64,000 nucleotides of DNA, taken from Eubacteriales bacterium (lineage in GTDB: Bacteria > Bacillota > Clostridia > Oscillospirales > CAG-272). How positions within the stretch are numbered: position 1 is the first letter of the stretch; every line of letters starts with the position of its first letter. Positions 9,182 through 18,087 of this stretch are shown here, one piece after another. The notes beneath the pieces were generated by a model. The model was not told where the DNA came from. It saw nothing but the letters and a program-made list of their open reading frames with translations, and searched no databases. A program made the translations under genes and the position numbers. The stretch spans positions 644-64,643 of the forward strand of contig JAZRUG010000019.1 in the NCBI GenBank assembly GCA_045652425.1. Reading direction: 5' to 3'.

Positions 9182-9790
9182 TTACCTTTTTATAAGTTTT
9201 GCAGTAATTTCAGATACTCTCAAAATAACCGGAGCCAAAACCATATTTACTATAAGCTCGGGTATAAAGTTGGTCAAGATAACGCCCGATACTATAAACA
9301 TAATAACTGTCTTTCCTGCTCCAGATGCAGCTCCGCTTACAAGATCGCCAAAGAATATAAGCACACCTGCCAAGTAAAGTCCCGTATTTATTATAGGACA
9401 AAGAGCTGATGCCGTAAATACAGCTATAGTCTTGTTCTTTTTGCTCAAAAGCTTATAAACAAGCCCTGACACAAAACCAGCTACAGTCGTCTTCGCAAGA
9501 CAAAGAATAACTGTTACTGCCGGTAAAAGCTGGAACATTGCCGCGCTGAACGGATCGGGAGTAAAGATTACCTGATATACAACGCATAATCCCAATACCA
9601 AGCCGAGTATCGCGCCGTTAACGTAACCGTACAATACAGCCCCCAACACTATCGGCACCAGCGACAAAGTAATATAAGCCGCGCCTATGGGTGGGATTAC
9701 TACAAATAACTGCAATACTGCAATTATTGCCGCAAACATTGCCGTCATCGCAAGCATTTGCGTCTTCTTTTTGTTTCTTTCAATTGACAT
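9182..9790 (-). CDS. ECF transporter S component (possibly pantothenate-specific, PanT-like)
   Basis: 202 aa with about 6 TM helices and an S-component-like N-terminus. It is immediately upstream of and co-oriented with coaX. Substrate assignment is inferred from context only. Confidence 0.6.
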   Translation of the reverse strand: MSIERNKKKTQMLAMTAMFAAIIAVLQLFVVIPPIGAAYITLSLVPIVLGAVLYGYVNGAILGLVLGLCVVYQVIFTPDPFSAAMFQLLPAVTVILCLAKTTVAGFVSGLVYKLLSKKNKTIAVFTASALCPIINTGLYLAGVLIFFGDLVSGAASGAGKTVIMFIVSGVILTNFIPELIVNMVLAPVILRVSEITAKLIKR

Positions 9791-9844
9791 AAATAATACC
9801 TCCTGCTACTGTCCCGTATTTTTTCTCGGGTATAGTGCAACTTT

Positions 9845-9873
9845 ATTATATTTCCTATTCTCCCGCTTGTCAA
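9845..9873 (-). promoter_or_regulatory. Sigma-A-type promoter of the S-component-coaX operon
   Basis: Reverse strand has TTGACA (9868-9873), a 17-nt spacer and TATAAT (9845-9850). Confidence 0.5.
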
Positions 9874-9883
9874 GTTATAAAAC

Positions 9884-9910
9884 AAAAAAGCCTTAAAAAA
9901 GGCTTTTTTG
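9884..9910 (-). terminator. Intrinsic (bidirectional) terminator after the cohesin gene
   Basis: AAAAAAGCCttaaaaaaGGCTTTTTT hairpin with A/T runs on both sides. Confidence 0.65.
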
Positions 9911-9915
9911 TTTAT

Positions 9916-11340
9916 TTAGTTCTGTTTGATTTTTATAATTATTGCAACTACAGCCAATATTACTATAAGTCCGCCAAGTCCGATAAATACCCATTTAAAA
10001 GGACTGTTTCCAAAGAATCCGTCTGTCTTTTTATTTTCGTCTTCTTTTTTTGTTTCTTCAACAGGTTCCGTTTCGGGAGTTGTTTCTTCCGTTTCTTCGG
10101 GCACCGTTGTTTCAGGCTCACCCATCTCGGCAAAATTATATCTCTGGAACGTGCTTTCTATCGGATCATACACATACAACTGCTTTTGTCCCGACGAGCC
10201 TATTGCATATACAAGACAGTGGTTCGGTGCATCTGCTCTCTTGGGTATAAAAGCATCTCTTTCCGTTCCGTTCACCGTATATTTTCCAATCTCATAATCT
10301 TCGGGAGCTTCTGCCATATTAATATCAAGCATCAATATTGAACTTGTCGGTTGTCCCAGATACTCAAAGGGTTTCGCCGTCATATTCGTAACGTCTATAA
10401 AATAAAGTCCTTCGGTTACATTTTCGTTGCCAAGCAAGTATATTGCAGGGTATGCTCTCTCGTCATATATAACTGCATTTATTGTTACGTTGTTAATCGT
10501 AATTTGAGTCGGTGTAAACCCTGCGGGAACCTTGTCCTCGGCTACGGTATTCGCAACCTCGGCGCTTACACCCTCACTTACCGTCAAAAATACGTCTGAT
10601 GACAACGGGTTCTTTCCTCTGTTCACCTTTACAGTATACGAGTTCTTCGCTCCGTTTTCTGCAGTAACAGTTATCGTTATAACATTCTCACCTATATTCA
10701 ACGCATCTGCACCCGTTACGTACACCGATGCGCCCTTGTGATTCTTTATAGCCGATACCGTAACTGCCGTTATGCCAAAATCAACGTTCGCCGTATATTC
10801 TTTTACGTTAGCCGAAAATGCGGGCGAAAGCGTGCAGTTGCTTACGGCAAGTTCTTTCAGCGTTGCATCCGATGACGCTTCGGGTACGGGAATAATATTT
10901 ACCGTCGAATTACCTACATGTGAGGGGGCAATCGCATCTCCAGAACCGTCTGTAACCACAAAGCCAGAGGGGTTAAGTTTCGTCGTTCCTGTCTTCTTCG
11001 TCTTGAAGGTTAATGTACAACTCAACTTCGACGCCGAACCTGTACTCACATAGTCAACGAGTCTTATTGAGCCTGTATTGTCTACGTGGCTGAAATTGCC
11101 CGACGAGCCCCTTGCAGATACAAACTGCAAATACGTCGTGTCGTATGATACATACGCTTCATAACCGCCTATGTCGCTTCCCTTTACGTCAACCACAATG
11201 CTAACATTGCTTCCTACCGTTACCGTCGGGTCCGTAAATCTCATCTCCGCTGACGCCGCGTCAACGTTTATTACAAAAAACATAGAAGCCAAAACTGTCA
11301 AAAGCACAAAAGTCAATATGCGTTTTTGTTTCTTCATCAT
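9916..11340 (-). CDS. Membrane-anchored cohesin domain protein with a cadherin-like beta-sandwich domain
   Basis: Signal peptide (MMKKQKRILTFVLLTVLASMFFV). Cohesin-like module (MRFTDPTVTVGSNVSIVVDVKGSDIGGYEAYVSYDTTYLQFVSA). Cadherin-like module (LKELAVSNCTLSPAFSANVKEYTANV...YTVKVNR). E/T/P linker and a C-terminal TM helix (FKWVFIGLGGLIVILAVVAIIIKI). The start at 11340 is preceded by GGAGGAAGA. Confidence 0.7.
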   Translation of the reverse strand: MMKKQKRILTFVLLTVLASMFFVINVDAASAEMRFTDPTVTVGSNVSIVVDVKGSDIGGYEAYVSYDTTYLQFVSARGSSGNFSHVDNTGSIRLVDYVSTGSASKLSCTLTFKTKKTGTTKLNPSGFVVTDGSGDAIAPSHVGNSTVNIIPVPEASSDATLKELAVSNCTLSPAFSANVKEYTANVDFGITAVTVSAIKNHKGASVYVTGADALNIGENVITITVTAENGAKNSYTVKVNRGKNPLSSDVFLTVSEGVSAEVANTVAEDKVPAGFTPTQITINNVTINAVIYDERAYPAIYLLGNENVTEGLYFIDVTNMTAKPFEYLGQPTSSILMLDINMAEAPEDYEIGKYTVNGTERDAFIPKRADAPNHCLVYAIGSSGQKQLYVYDPIESTFQRYNFAEMGEPETTVPEETEETTPETEPVEETKKEDENKKTDGFFGNSPFKWVFIGLGGLIVILAVVAIIIKIKQN

Positions 11341-11353
11341 TCTTCCTCCGTTT

Positions 11354-13534
11354 TTATGATATTGCGTTCGTTCCAAGAATATGGTTTCTTATCTTGAGCA
11401 AGTCGCTTATATTTACACTGCCGTTTCCGTCAATATCTCCGCTATACCCTTGTATTGCCGAAAAATCATCCGAACCCAATATTCTGTTCCTTATCTTGAG
11501 CAAGTCACTTATGTTTACGTTTCCGTCAGAGTTCAAATCCCCCTTGACAGAGGCTTTATAATCTGCGTGTTTAATTCCCGTAGTACTGCTTACGGTAATA
11601 ACGTCATCGCTCGCCATTATATCTCCGTCTGCTTTCTGTGCGCCAGATACGTTTACTACCGTAACCACACCTGCAGATACTAACTCGTTTCTAAAAGTAC
11701 CCACCGTCATTCCGGGAGCTATTCCGTATATTATATTACTTTCGTTCGGTACGTACTTATCCTTGAACGTCAGTTCTCCAAACTGCTGCTCGCTCTCCTT
11801 CGCTACGGTAAGTTTATATACTCTGGTAGTTCCGTTCCCTGCCGTTACCTTTATTTCAAACACGTTATTTCCCGTGTTGACAACGAATTCACCAGCACCC
11901 TCTACCTTTGCCGCGCTATCCATTGGTACTGCATTTATTGTAACCGTATTTACCGTCGACGGTACAACAAGCATATATTCCAAAACGTCTGTGTCAAATC
12001 CGGGGGTAAGCTCAAAACCACTCACCGAAAGTGATAACAACTTCATATTGGGTGAACCCTCTGCAGTCGGAATGGGACATGCACTTTCGGGCATATTCTT
12101 GTAAACCGGTATGTAGAACGAAAGCGGTGTCGTTCGAAGTTCTTCTGTATATCCCTTCGCCAGTTTTGTCGCCTCAACTGCCGCACCGTATACCGACGTC
12201 ATATACTGATGTGTAAAAGGTCTGTCGCCCTGTACGTTAAATCTCTTTAAGTAAAGTGTATTCTGACCTCTGTTTACATATCCGTCGGAATAAAAGTACG
12301 CTCCGCCGTTTATCGCCTTCAGTCTTGTGTTCCACGGTCTGCCGTATGACGTACCTGCGCCGTCGTTACCGCCACTCGCATACCACAGTCCTCTCTGTAT
12401 AGGTGTCATTCCGTTCGCAGAATACGCGCCTATGTTAAAATAGTTAAAATAATTTTCGTATCCGGGATAGGTGCCTGTTATTATGGTTGAACCTTGGCTT
12501 CCTACCTCTATAATTATCATTGATGAAAGTACGTAGGGGTTAATCTTATACGTAACACCTGCATTGTAAATTGCTGTAGCATAATTTAACGTGCTTCCGT
12601 CGGTGTCGGTAACGTCATTCTCCATAAACGTTCCTGCTAATATTCTCTGTACTCCCTCTATATTCTGTACCGATGCATCGTAACTTTGGTCAAGAAATTG
12701 GAATACCGAGTCTGCTCCGAGGAAGTTTCTCGGGTCCATATAGTGTCTTATTATCTCTCGTGATGCTCTTACCCATCTGTCGCCGTCAAATATTACCCAC
12801 TGGTTTGTTTCCCAGTTATATGCATCGCCCTCTTTGGACTTCCACGACGACGGAAAACTGTTCTCTACCAAACTCCTGTCAAGCTGTCTTTCTACCGAAT
12901 AATCAAATTCATAATCAACGTGCTGCGCCTTGAATATCCAGTTCGGATAACGACTATGTAATTCTCTTAAATACGGCTTGTATGATTCGGGAAAATTCTG
13001 CTCGGTTAAATATGCCTCAAAATCTATCGAGGGCTGTTCGGGGGTAGGCGGTTCAACAGGGGCTGTCGTTTCCGGTGCCGTTGTTTCGGGTGCCGTTGTT
13101 TCGGGCGATGTTGTTTCCGGTGCCGTTGTTTCCGGCGCCGTTGTTTCCGGTGCTGTCGTTTCCGGTGCCGTTGTCTCGGGCGATGTTGTTTCATCTGAAA
13201 GAATAGTTATATAACGTGAATATACATACCCTTCCGTACTGTCATATTTGATGCGATACCAAATATCATTATCAGGGTTGACAGCCTTTCCTTCCACTTC
13301 ACCCAAAATTACTACTTCTGTTCCGAGTCCTAAAAGTCCTATATGTGTTTTATCTGTATTTGGTGTTGGTCTTACCTTCAACGTCGTATCAGGCAAAAGT
13401 TCATTGTTAACTACACCTCGACGTGTGGTTTCTGCGCCAAGCACCGTTATTAACACGCTTGACGTAATAACTACTATCAAAATAATCGTAATTAATGTCT
13501 TCGTTATGCCCTTTCCTTTTGATCTAAAAATCAT
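11354..13534 (-). CDS. Secreted peptidoglycan hydrolase: SH3b, ETTAP linker, GH73 glucosaminidase, cadherin-like domain and type-I dockerin
   Basis: 726 aa with an N-terminal TM/signal. SH3b-like segment (LKVRPTPNTDKTHIGLL...WYRIKYDSTEGYVYSRYI). 9 x ETTAP repeats. GH73-like segment (INPYVLSSMIIIEVGSQGS...YFNYFNIGAY). Cadherin-like segment (LLSLSVSGFELTPGFDTDVLEY). Duplicated dockerin Ca-loops (DLNSDGNVNISDLLKIRNRILG / DIDGNGSVNISDLLKIRNHILG). Confidence 0.8.
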   Translation of the reverse strand: MIFRSKGKGITKTLITIILIVVITSSVLITVLGAETTRRGVVNNELLPDTTLKVRPTPNTDKTHIGLLGLGTEVVILGEVEGKAVNPDNDIWYRIKYDSTEGYVYSRYITILSDETTSPETTAPETTAPETTAPETTAPETTSPETTAPETTAPETTAPVEPPTPEQPSIDFEAYLTEQNFPESYKPYLRELHSRYPNWIFKAQHVDYEFDYSVERQLDRSLVENSFPSSWKSKEGDAYNWETNQWVIFDGDRWVRASREIIRHYMDPRNFLGADSVFQFLDQSYDASVQNIEGVQRILAGTFMENDVTDTDGSTLNYATAIYNAGVTYKINPYVLSSMIIIEVGSQGSTIITGTYPGYENYFNYFNIGAYSANGMTPIQRGLWYASGGNDGAGTSYGRPWNTRLKAINGGAYFYSDGYVNRGQNTLYLKRFNVQGDRPFTHQYMTSVYGAAVEATKLAKGYTEELRTTPLSFYIPVYKNMPESACPIPTAEGSPNMKLLSLSVSGFELTPGFDTDVLEYMLVVPSTVNTVTINAVPMDSAAKVEGAGEFVVNTGNNVFEIKVTAGNGTTRVYKLTVAKESEQQFGELTFKDKYVPNESNIIYGIAPGMTVGTFRNELVSAGVVTVVNVSGAQKADGDIMASDDVITVSSTTGIKHADYKASVKGDLNSDGNVNISDLLKIRNRILGSDDFSAIQGYSGDIDGNGSVNISDLLKIRNHILGTNAIS
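13059..13193. repeat. 15-bp tandem repeat x9 encoding (E-T-T-A/S-P)9
   Basis: GGTGCCGTTGTTTCC-type units repeat head to tail within the autolysin gene. Confidence 0.9.
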
Positions 13535-13769
13535 ATTTAACTCCTTAATGAGTGTATATTCTTTATGTTTACAAACACAAAGATATTATACTAAAAAAAT
13601 CGATTTTTGTCAACAAATGTAACCTTATTATATTACCCCATTTTGTGTAAAATTTGTTATTCCATAATTTTCCTATAATAATTGTTCTTTTCTTTGGCTA
13701 TACTCTTAACGTAAACAATTTGCCGACATAAAATTTCTTCGGCTAATTTATTTTAAGGAGATTTTTACA

Positions 13770-13955
13770 ATGGATAACAAGAATCAGAACAAAAATCAGA
13801 ACAGCAACCAGTCTAACCAGTCTAACCAGACCAACAAAACAAATAAGACAAACAACAGCAACTCTAACAGCAACTCTAACAGCAACTCCAACAGTAACAA
13901 CTCTAATAGCAACAATAGCGAAAACCAGTCCTCCAATAACCAGAACTGCCGCTAA
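13770..13955 (+). CDS. Small Asn/Ser/Gln-rich low-complexity protein (61 aa), function unknown
   Basis: SD AAGGAG lies 9 nt upstream of the ATG, and a strong terminator follows the stop. Sequence: MDNKNQNKNQNSNQSNQSNQTNKTNKTNNSNSNSNSNSNSNSNNSNSNNSENQSSNNQNCR. Confidence 0.5.
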   Translation: MDNKNQNKNQNSNQSNQSNQTNKTNKTNNSNSNSNSNSNSNSNNSNSNNSENQSSNNQNCR

Positions 13956-13970
13956 AACTTAAAAATGCAA

Positions 13971-14016
13971 ATATCCACCCGTTTGCCTTTTTGCTTCGGG
14001 TGGATATTTGTTTTTA
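13971..14016 (+). terminator. Intrinsic terminator after the N-rich small ORF
   Basis: ATATCCACCCG-loop-CGGGTGGATAT followed by TTGTTTTT. Confidence 0.7.
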
Positions 14017-14067
14017 AAAAATAAGCTCTACGCGCAAAAACATTAAGCAAGCAGGCACTTTGTCAAA

Positions 14068-14355
14068 CCTCCATCTGACGAGGGAGGTGGCTCGGCAAAA
14101 TATAATATACAATAGAATAGCAAATATTATTTGCCGAGACGGAGGGAGAGAAAAGCATTAAGTTTTGCATTTAAAACCAAGTGACACATACATTATATAG
14201 TATTGTTTTTTCTTTACATAGATATAAAGATACCAAAATTTAAAGTTTTTCTCTCCTTCCGTCTTGCTAAAAAAAGTGGCTTTTCTTAAATATAATTTTA
14301 AAGATGAAAAGCCACTTTTTTCGTAACGCAATCCACCTCCCTCCTCAGATGGAGG
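14068..14355. mobile_element. MITE-like element M1 (~290 bp, 23-bp GC-rich terminal inverted repeats), copy 1
   Basis: Left end is CCTCCATCTGACGAGGGAGGTGG and right end is CCACCTCCCTCCTCAGATGGAGG. There are nested inner inverted repeats (CTCGGCAAA...TTTGCCGAG; GAGACGGAGGGAGAGAA...TTCTCTCCTTCCGTCTT) and an AT-rich core. A second copy lies at 38300-38580. Confidence 0.65.
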
Positions 14356-14411
14356 CAAGACAATGTGTCTGCTAAATTAATGCAACTACATAGAGTTACT
14401 CTCTACACAAA

Positions 14412-14451
14412 AAACAAAAAAGACAGACTCAATGTGAAGTCTGTCTTTTTT
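14412..14451 (-). terminator. Intrinsic terminator of ispH-rpsA
   Basis: Reverse strand reads AAAAAAGACAGACTtcacattgAGTCTGTCTTTTTTGTTTTTT. Confidence 0.75.
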
Positions 14452-14462
14452 CGTTTTACATA

Positions 14463-16544
14463 TTATTCAGCGTCTTCTGCCTTTGCTTCTTCTGCTTTTT
14501 CTTCGTCAGAAACGTAATCTTCGGGCATTGCTTCTTCTGCTGCCTTAGCTTCTTCAATAAGCGCTCTGATTGAAAGGCTGATCTTATGGTTTTCCATATC
14601 TACGTCTGTAATTCTTGCTTCAACTTCCTGTCCAACTGTAAGCACGTCTGCAGGCTTGTTTATCTTCTTGTCAGCAATCTGTGAAATATGGATAAGTCCG
14701 TCAACGCCGGGAAGTACTTCTGCAAATGCGCCGAAAGGCATCATATTTACAATCTTAACTGTTGCTGTATCGCCTACTGCATACTTCTCAACAAATGCGT
14801 TCCAAGGATTGTTCTCTTCTGTCTTGTATCCGAGAGAAATTCTCTTTGCTTCTGCATCAAAATCCTTTACAAATACGTTCAACGTTTCACCAACGGATAC
14901 GATTTCGGAAGGATGCTTGAAGTGTGTCCATGCAAGTTCTGTGCTGTGAATCATACCGTCAACACCGCCGAGGTCTACAAATACGCCGTAGTTTGTTATT
15001 GACTTAACTACGCCTTCGTATTTCTTATCCTTTTCAATAGCTGCCCAGAATGCATCTTCACGAGCCTTCTTTTCTTCTCTTGCAACTACACGGATAGATG
15101 CTACTGCTCTTCTTCTCTGTTCGTTGATGTCTATAATCTTAACTTTCTGCTCTGTTCCCTTGAGTACTGCAAGGTCTGCATCCTTTGCAAGTCCTGTCTG
15201 TGATGCGGGTACGAAGAGTTTCTGTCCTTCTACAAGTACAAGTACGCCGCCTCTGATAACGTCTGTTACCTTACCTTCGAGAATCTTGCCTTCGTTGAAG
15301 CTTTCAACAACGTTCTTCCAGTTTGTAATTGCGTCTACTCTCTTCTTGGAAAGTGATGCAACACCGTCGATATCGCTTACTCTCGTTACCATAACTTCAA
15401 TCTCGTCGCCAACCTTGAATTCTTCTTCAAGTTTAACTGCGGGATTTTCAGATACTTCGCTGTAAGGAACAATACCTGTTACCTTAGCACCGAGGTCTAC
15501 CTGTACCTCGTTAGAATTTACAGCAAGTACGATACCCTTAACTATCTCACCTGTATGTAATGTTTTGAAAGATTCCTCAAGCATTGCAGCAAAGCTGTTT
15601 TCATCGTTGTTTTCAAAGGCCTCCTGAGTCAAGTCCTTTTCGATGTTCTGTGTGTTTTCGCTCATTTTGATTTTTACCTCCTGTATGATACTGCCCGGTG
15701 TCGATGCGCCGGCAGATATACCAACTTTTTTTATTTCCCCAATATTCTCCGTACAAAGTTCGGTTGCGTCTTCTATCAATACCGTGTTCGGCTGATATCT
15801 TTTCGCCGTCTCGTACAGCTTATTGGTATTGGAGCTGTTTCTGCCCCCTATTATCACCATATAATCAACTCTTTGAGCCAAATTTGCAGTTTCAATTTGT
15901 CGATTTTCGGTAACACTACATATTGTATCAAAAATAAATGGATTTGTATATACTTTTTCGAGAATTTTTTGAGATTTTTTCCATTCTGTCAGTTTTTGCG
16001 TCGTCTGGGACACCATTATCACTTTTTTTTGTGCATTTTTATGAATTTCAAGCAATTTTTCAAGCTCTTCTGCGCTCGTAAACAGCTCAACTTCTCCTTC
16101 AGCAAAGCTCACTATCCCTTTTGATTCGGGATGGCTCAAGTTACCAAACACAAAAAGCAATGAATCTTTATCCGCGTTGTCCTTTACTATCTTGTGTATC
16201 TTCTTTACGTACGGACAGGCGCAGTCGAGCATCTTGAAGCTACTCTTTTCAGCCGAATATCGTTCAAGTCTGTCGTATATCTGCTTCGTAACCCCATGCG
16301 CTCTTACAACTACCGTACAAGGATTTTCTTCGTTACACTCTTCGAAAACTCTCTCAAGGTCCTCTTCTTCTATAACGAGTACTCCGCGTTTCTCAAGATC
16401 GTTCAATATCGTAGGATTGTGTATCAAAGCCCCAAGTGTATATATCTTGCCGCATCTTTGCTTTTCAAGCAGCTCGTATACGGAATTTACCGCCCTGTCT
16501 ACTCCAAAGCAAAATCCCGCATTCTTTGCTATTTCTATCTCCAT
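14463..16544 (-). CDS. ispH: Bifunctional 4-hydroxy-3-methylbut-2-enyl diphosphate reductase / ribosomal protein S1
   Basis: 693 aa. The N-terminal ~285 aa are IspH/LytB-like (MEIEIAKNAGFCFGVDRAV...). The C-terminal part has four S1 motifs (e.g. GEIVKGIVLAV, GKILEGKVTDV, YEGVVKSITNYGVFVDLG, ATVKIVNMMPFGAFAEV). This fusion is known in Clostridia. Confidence 0.92.
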   Translation of the reverse strand: MEIEIAKNAGFCFGVDRAVNSVYELLEKQRCGKIYTLGALIHNPTILNDLEKRGVLVIEEEDLERVFEECNEENPCTVVVRAHGVTKQIYDRLERYSAEKSSFKMLDCACPYVKKIHKIVKDNADKDSLLFVFGNLSHPESKGIVSFAEGEVELFTSAEELEKLLEIHKNAQKKVIMVSQTTQKLTEWKKSQKILEKVYTNPFIFDTICSVTENRQIETANLAQRVDYMVIIGGRNSSNTNKLYETAKRYQPNTVLIEDATELCTENIGEIKKVGISAGASTPGSIIQEVKIKMSENTQNIEKDLTQEAFENNDENSFAAMLEESFKTLHTGEIVKGIVLAVNSNEVQVDLGAKVTGIVPYSEVSENPAVKLEEEFKVGDEIEVMVTRVSDIDGVASLSKKRVDAITNWKNVVESFNEGKILEGKVTDVIRGGVLVLVEGQKLFVPASQTGLAKDADLAVLKGTEQKVKIIDINEQRRRAVASIRVVAREEKKAREDAFWAAIEKDKKYEGVVKSITNYGVFVDLGGVDGMIHSTELAWTHFKHPSEIVSVGETLNVFVKDFDAEAKRISLGYKTEENNPWNAFVEKYAVGDTATVKIVNMMPFGAFAEVLPGVDGLIHISQIADKKINKPADVLTVGQEVEARITDVDMENHKISLSIRALIEEAKAAEEAMPEDYVSDEEKAEEAKAEDAE

Positions 16545-16561
16545 TATATATAACCCTCTGC

Positions 16562-17155
16562 CTATATAAGTTCAAGCACCTTGTCAAATATAATTTCCGC
16601 CGCCTTCGTATATTCAGCTTGGTTCCCCTTTTCAAAACCTAAAGTTTCATAAGGAATAACCTCGCCAAAAGTTATACTCACCTTGCGAAACGGCATTATC
16701 CGATACCCCTTCGTCTTTATCGATACGGGCAAAACGTCGGCTTTCGAACGGTATGCTATCATACCTGCCCCCGACTTTATCTCCGTACCTTTCGGTTCTT
16801 CGCCTATATGGCGCGTACCCTGCGGAAACATACCAACGGCATCACCGTTTTTTAAATACCCTATCGCCGTCTTCAGCGCCGTCGGATCGGCAGTACCTCT
16901 GTGTACAGGAAATACACCGAGCGCCTTTATCAATATATTCAAAAGCGGTATCTTAAAAAGCGACGCCTTCGCCATAAATCTTATCTGTCTGTCGGATACC
17001 GCCCCTATTATTATCGGATCCCAATTGGATATGTGGTTCGGGCATACGAGCAATGCTCCTTCTTTTGGTATGTTTTCTTCGCCCTTTACCTCTACTTTAA
17101 AAAGCCATATAAAAAAGCCCTTCAGCAGTCCTTTGAGAATTGTGTACGTCTTCAT
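16562..17155 (-). CDS. plsC: 1-acyl-sn-glycerol-3-phosphate acyltransferase
   Basis: 197 aa. HX4D motif (NHISNWD) and an FPQGTR block. Confidence 0.85.
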   Translation of the reverse strand: MKTYTILKGLLKGFFIWLFKVEVKGEENIPKEGALLVCPNHISNWDPIIIGAVSDRQIRFMAKASLFKIPLLNILIKALGVFPVHRGTADPTALKTAIGYLKNGDAVGMFPQGTRHIGEEPKGTEIKSGAGMIAYRSKADVLPVSIKTKGYRIMPFRKVSITFGEVIPYETLGFEKGNQAEYTKAAEIIFDKVLELI

Positions 17156-17178
17156 ATTTCTCTTATTCTCTCAAAATA

Positions 17179-17844
17179 TTATTTTATCTTCTCTGTAATT
17201 ATGCCTAATATAGCATCTATAGTTTCATCAATATTAAGATAAGAGCTGTCAAGCATAACCGCATCTTCCGCAGGCAAACAAGGGGCTACGGCTCTCGTTC
17301 TGTCGTTTTCGTCCCTCTTCTGCATATCTGACAAAACTTCTTCGTAAGTCGTTTCTATCCCCTTTTCTTGAAGTTCAAGGTATCTTCTCTTCGCTCTTAC
17401 TTCGTCGTTAGCAAATAAGAAAATCTTAACTTCAGCATCGGGAAAAATTACCGTTCCTATATCTCTTCCGTCCATTATAACGTTGTTCGTCTTTGCGGTA
17501 TTTCTCTGTATGTCAAGCAAAAATTCTCTTACCTTCGGTATGGCAGATACCTTCGATGCATACATAGATATTTCGGGAAGTCTTATATCTCCGTTAACGT
17601 TCTCTCCGTTGAGAAAAACAACCTGTCCGTCATCAGTCTGGGTAAGCTTTATGTCGATTTTTTCTAAATTCGCAATAACTGCATCTGCATCGGTTATATC
17701 AATATTATTTCTGAACATATATAAACCAATAGCGCGGTACAGTGCGCCCGTATCAACGTAAAGTATGTTAAGTTTTTGAGCAACGGCTCTTGCCATTACG
17801 CTTTTTCCCGAGCCTGACGGCCCGTCTAATGCTATTTTATACAT
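17179..17844 (-). CDS. cmk: Cytidylate kinase
   Basis: 221 aa. P-loop in IALDGPSGSGKS and a YVDTGALYRA motif. Confidence 0.93.
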   Translation of the reverse strand: MYKIALDGPSGSGKSVMARAVAQKLNILYVDTGALYRAIGLYMFRNNIDITDADAVIANLEKIDIKLTQTDDGQVVFLNGENVNGDIRLPEISMYASKVSAIPKVREFLLDIQRNTAKTNNVIMDGRDIGTVIFPDAEVKIFLFANDEVRAKRRYLELQEKGIETTYEEVLSDMQKRDENDRTRAVAPCLPAEDAVMLDSSYLNIDETIDAILGIITEKIK

Positions 17845-17879
17845 TTTTCTTTTCCTTTTCTCCCTATGTTTTTCTTTTT

Positions 17880-18065
17880 TGGGGTAAAATACGGTAGGGG
17901 TACAAATAATATTATAAGATTGTAGGGACCGGCGTCCTCGACGGTCCGTTAAATATTAGTATTATCTACAATACCATCTTGGGCAAACAAAAGTTTAAAC
18001 ACAATATAATCTGTAAAAATTGTTCTTTTTTTGCGGCCCGTCGGGGACGCCGGTCCCTACAGCTC
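17880..18065. repeat. Pair of inverted H4-type GC hairpin modules
   Basis: TGTAGGGACCGGCGTCCTCGACGGTCCG (17919-17946) and its inverted copy CGGCCCGTCGGGGACGCCGGTCCCTACA (18033-18060), separated by AT-rich DNA. Confidence 0.8.
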
Positions 18066-18087
18066 TTGGTTTTATTTCTGCAAACAA

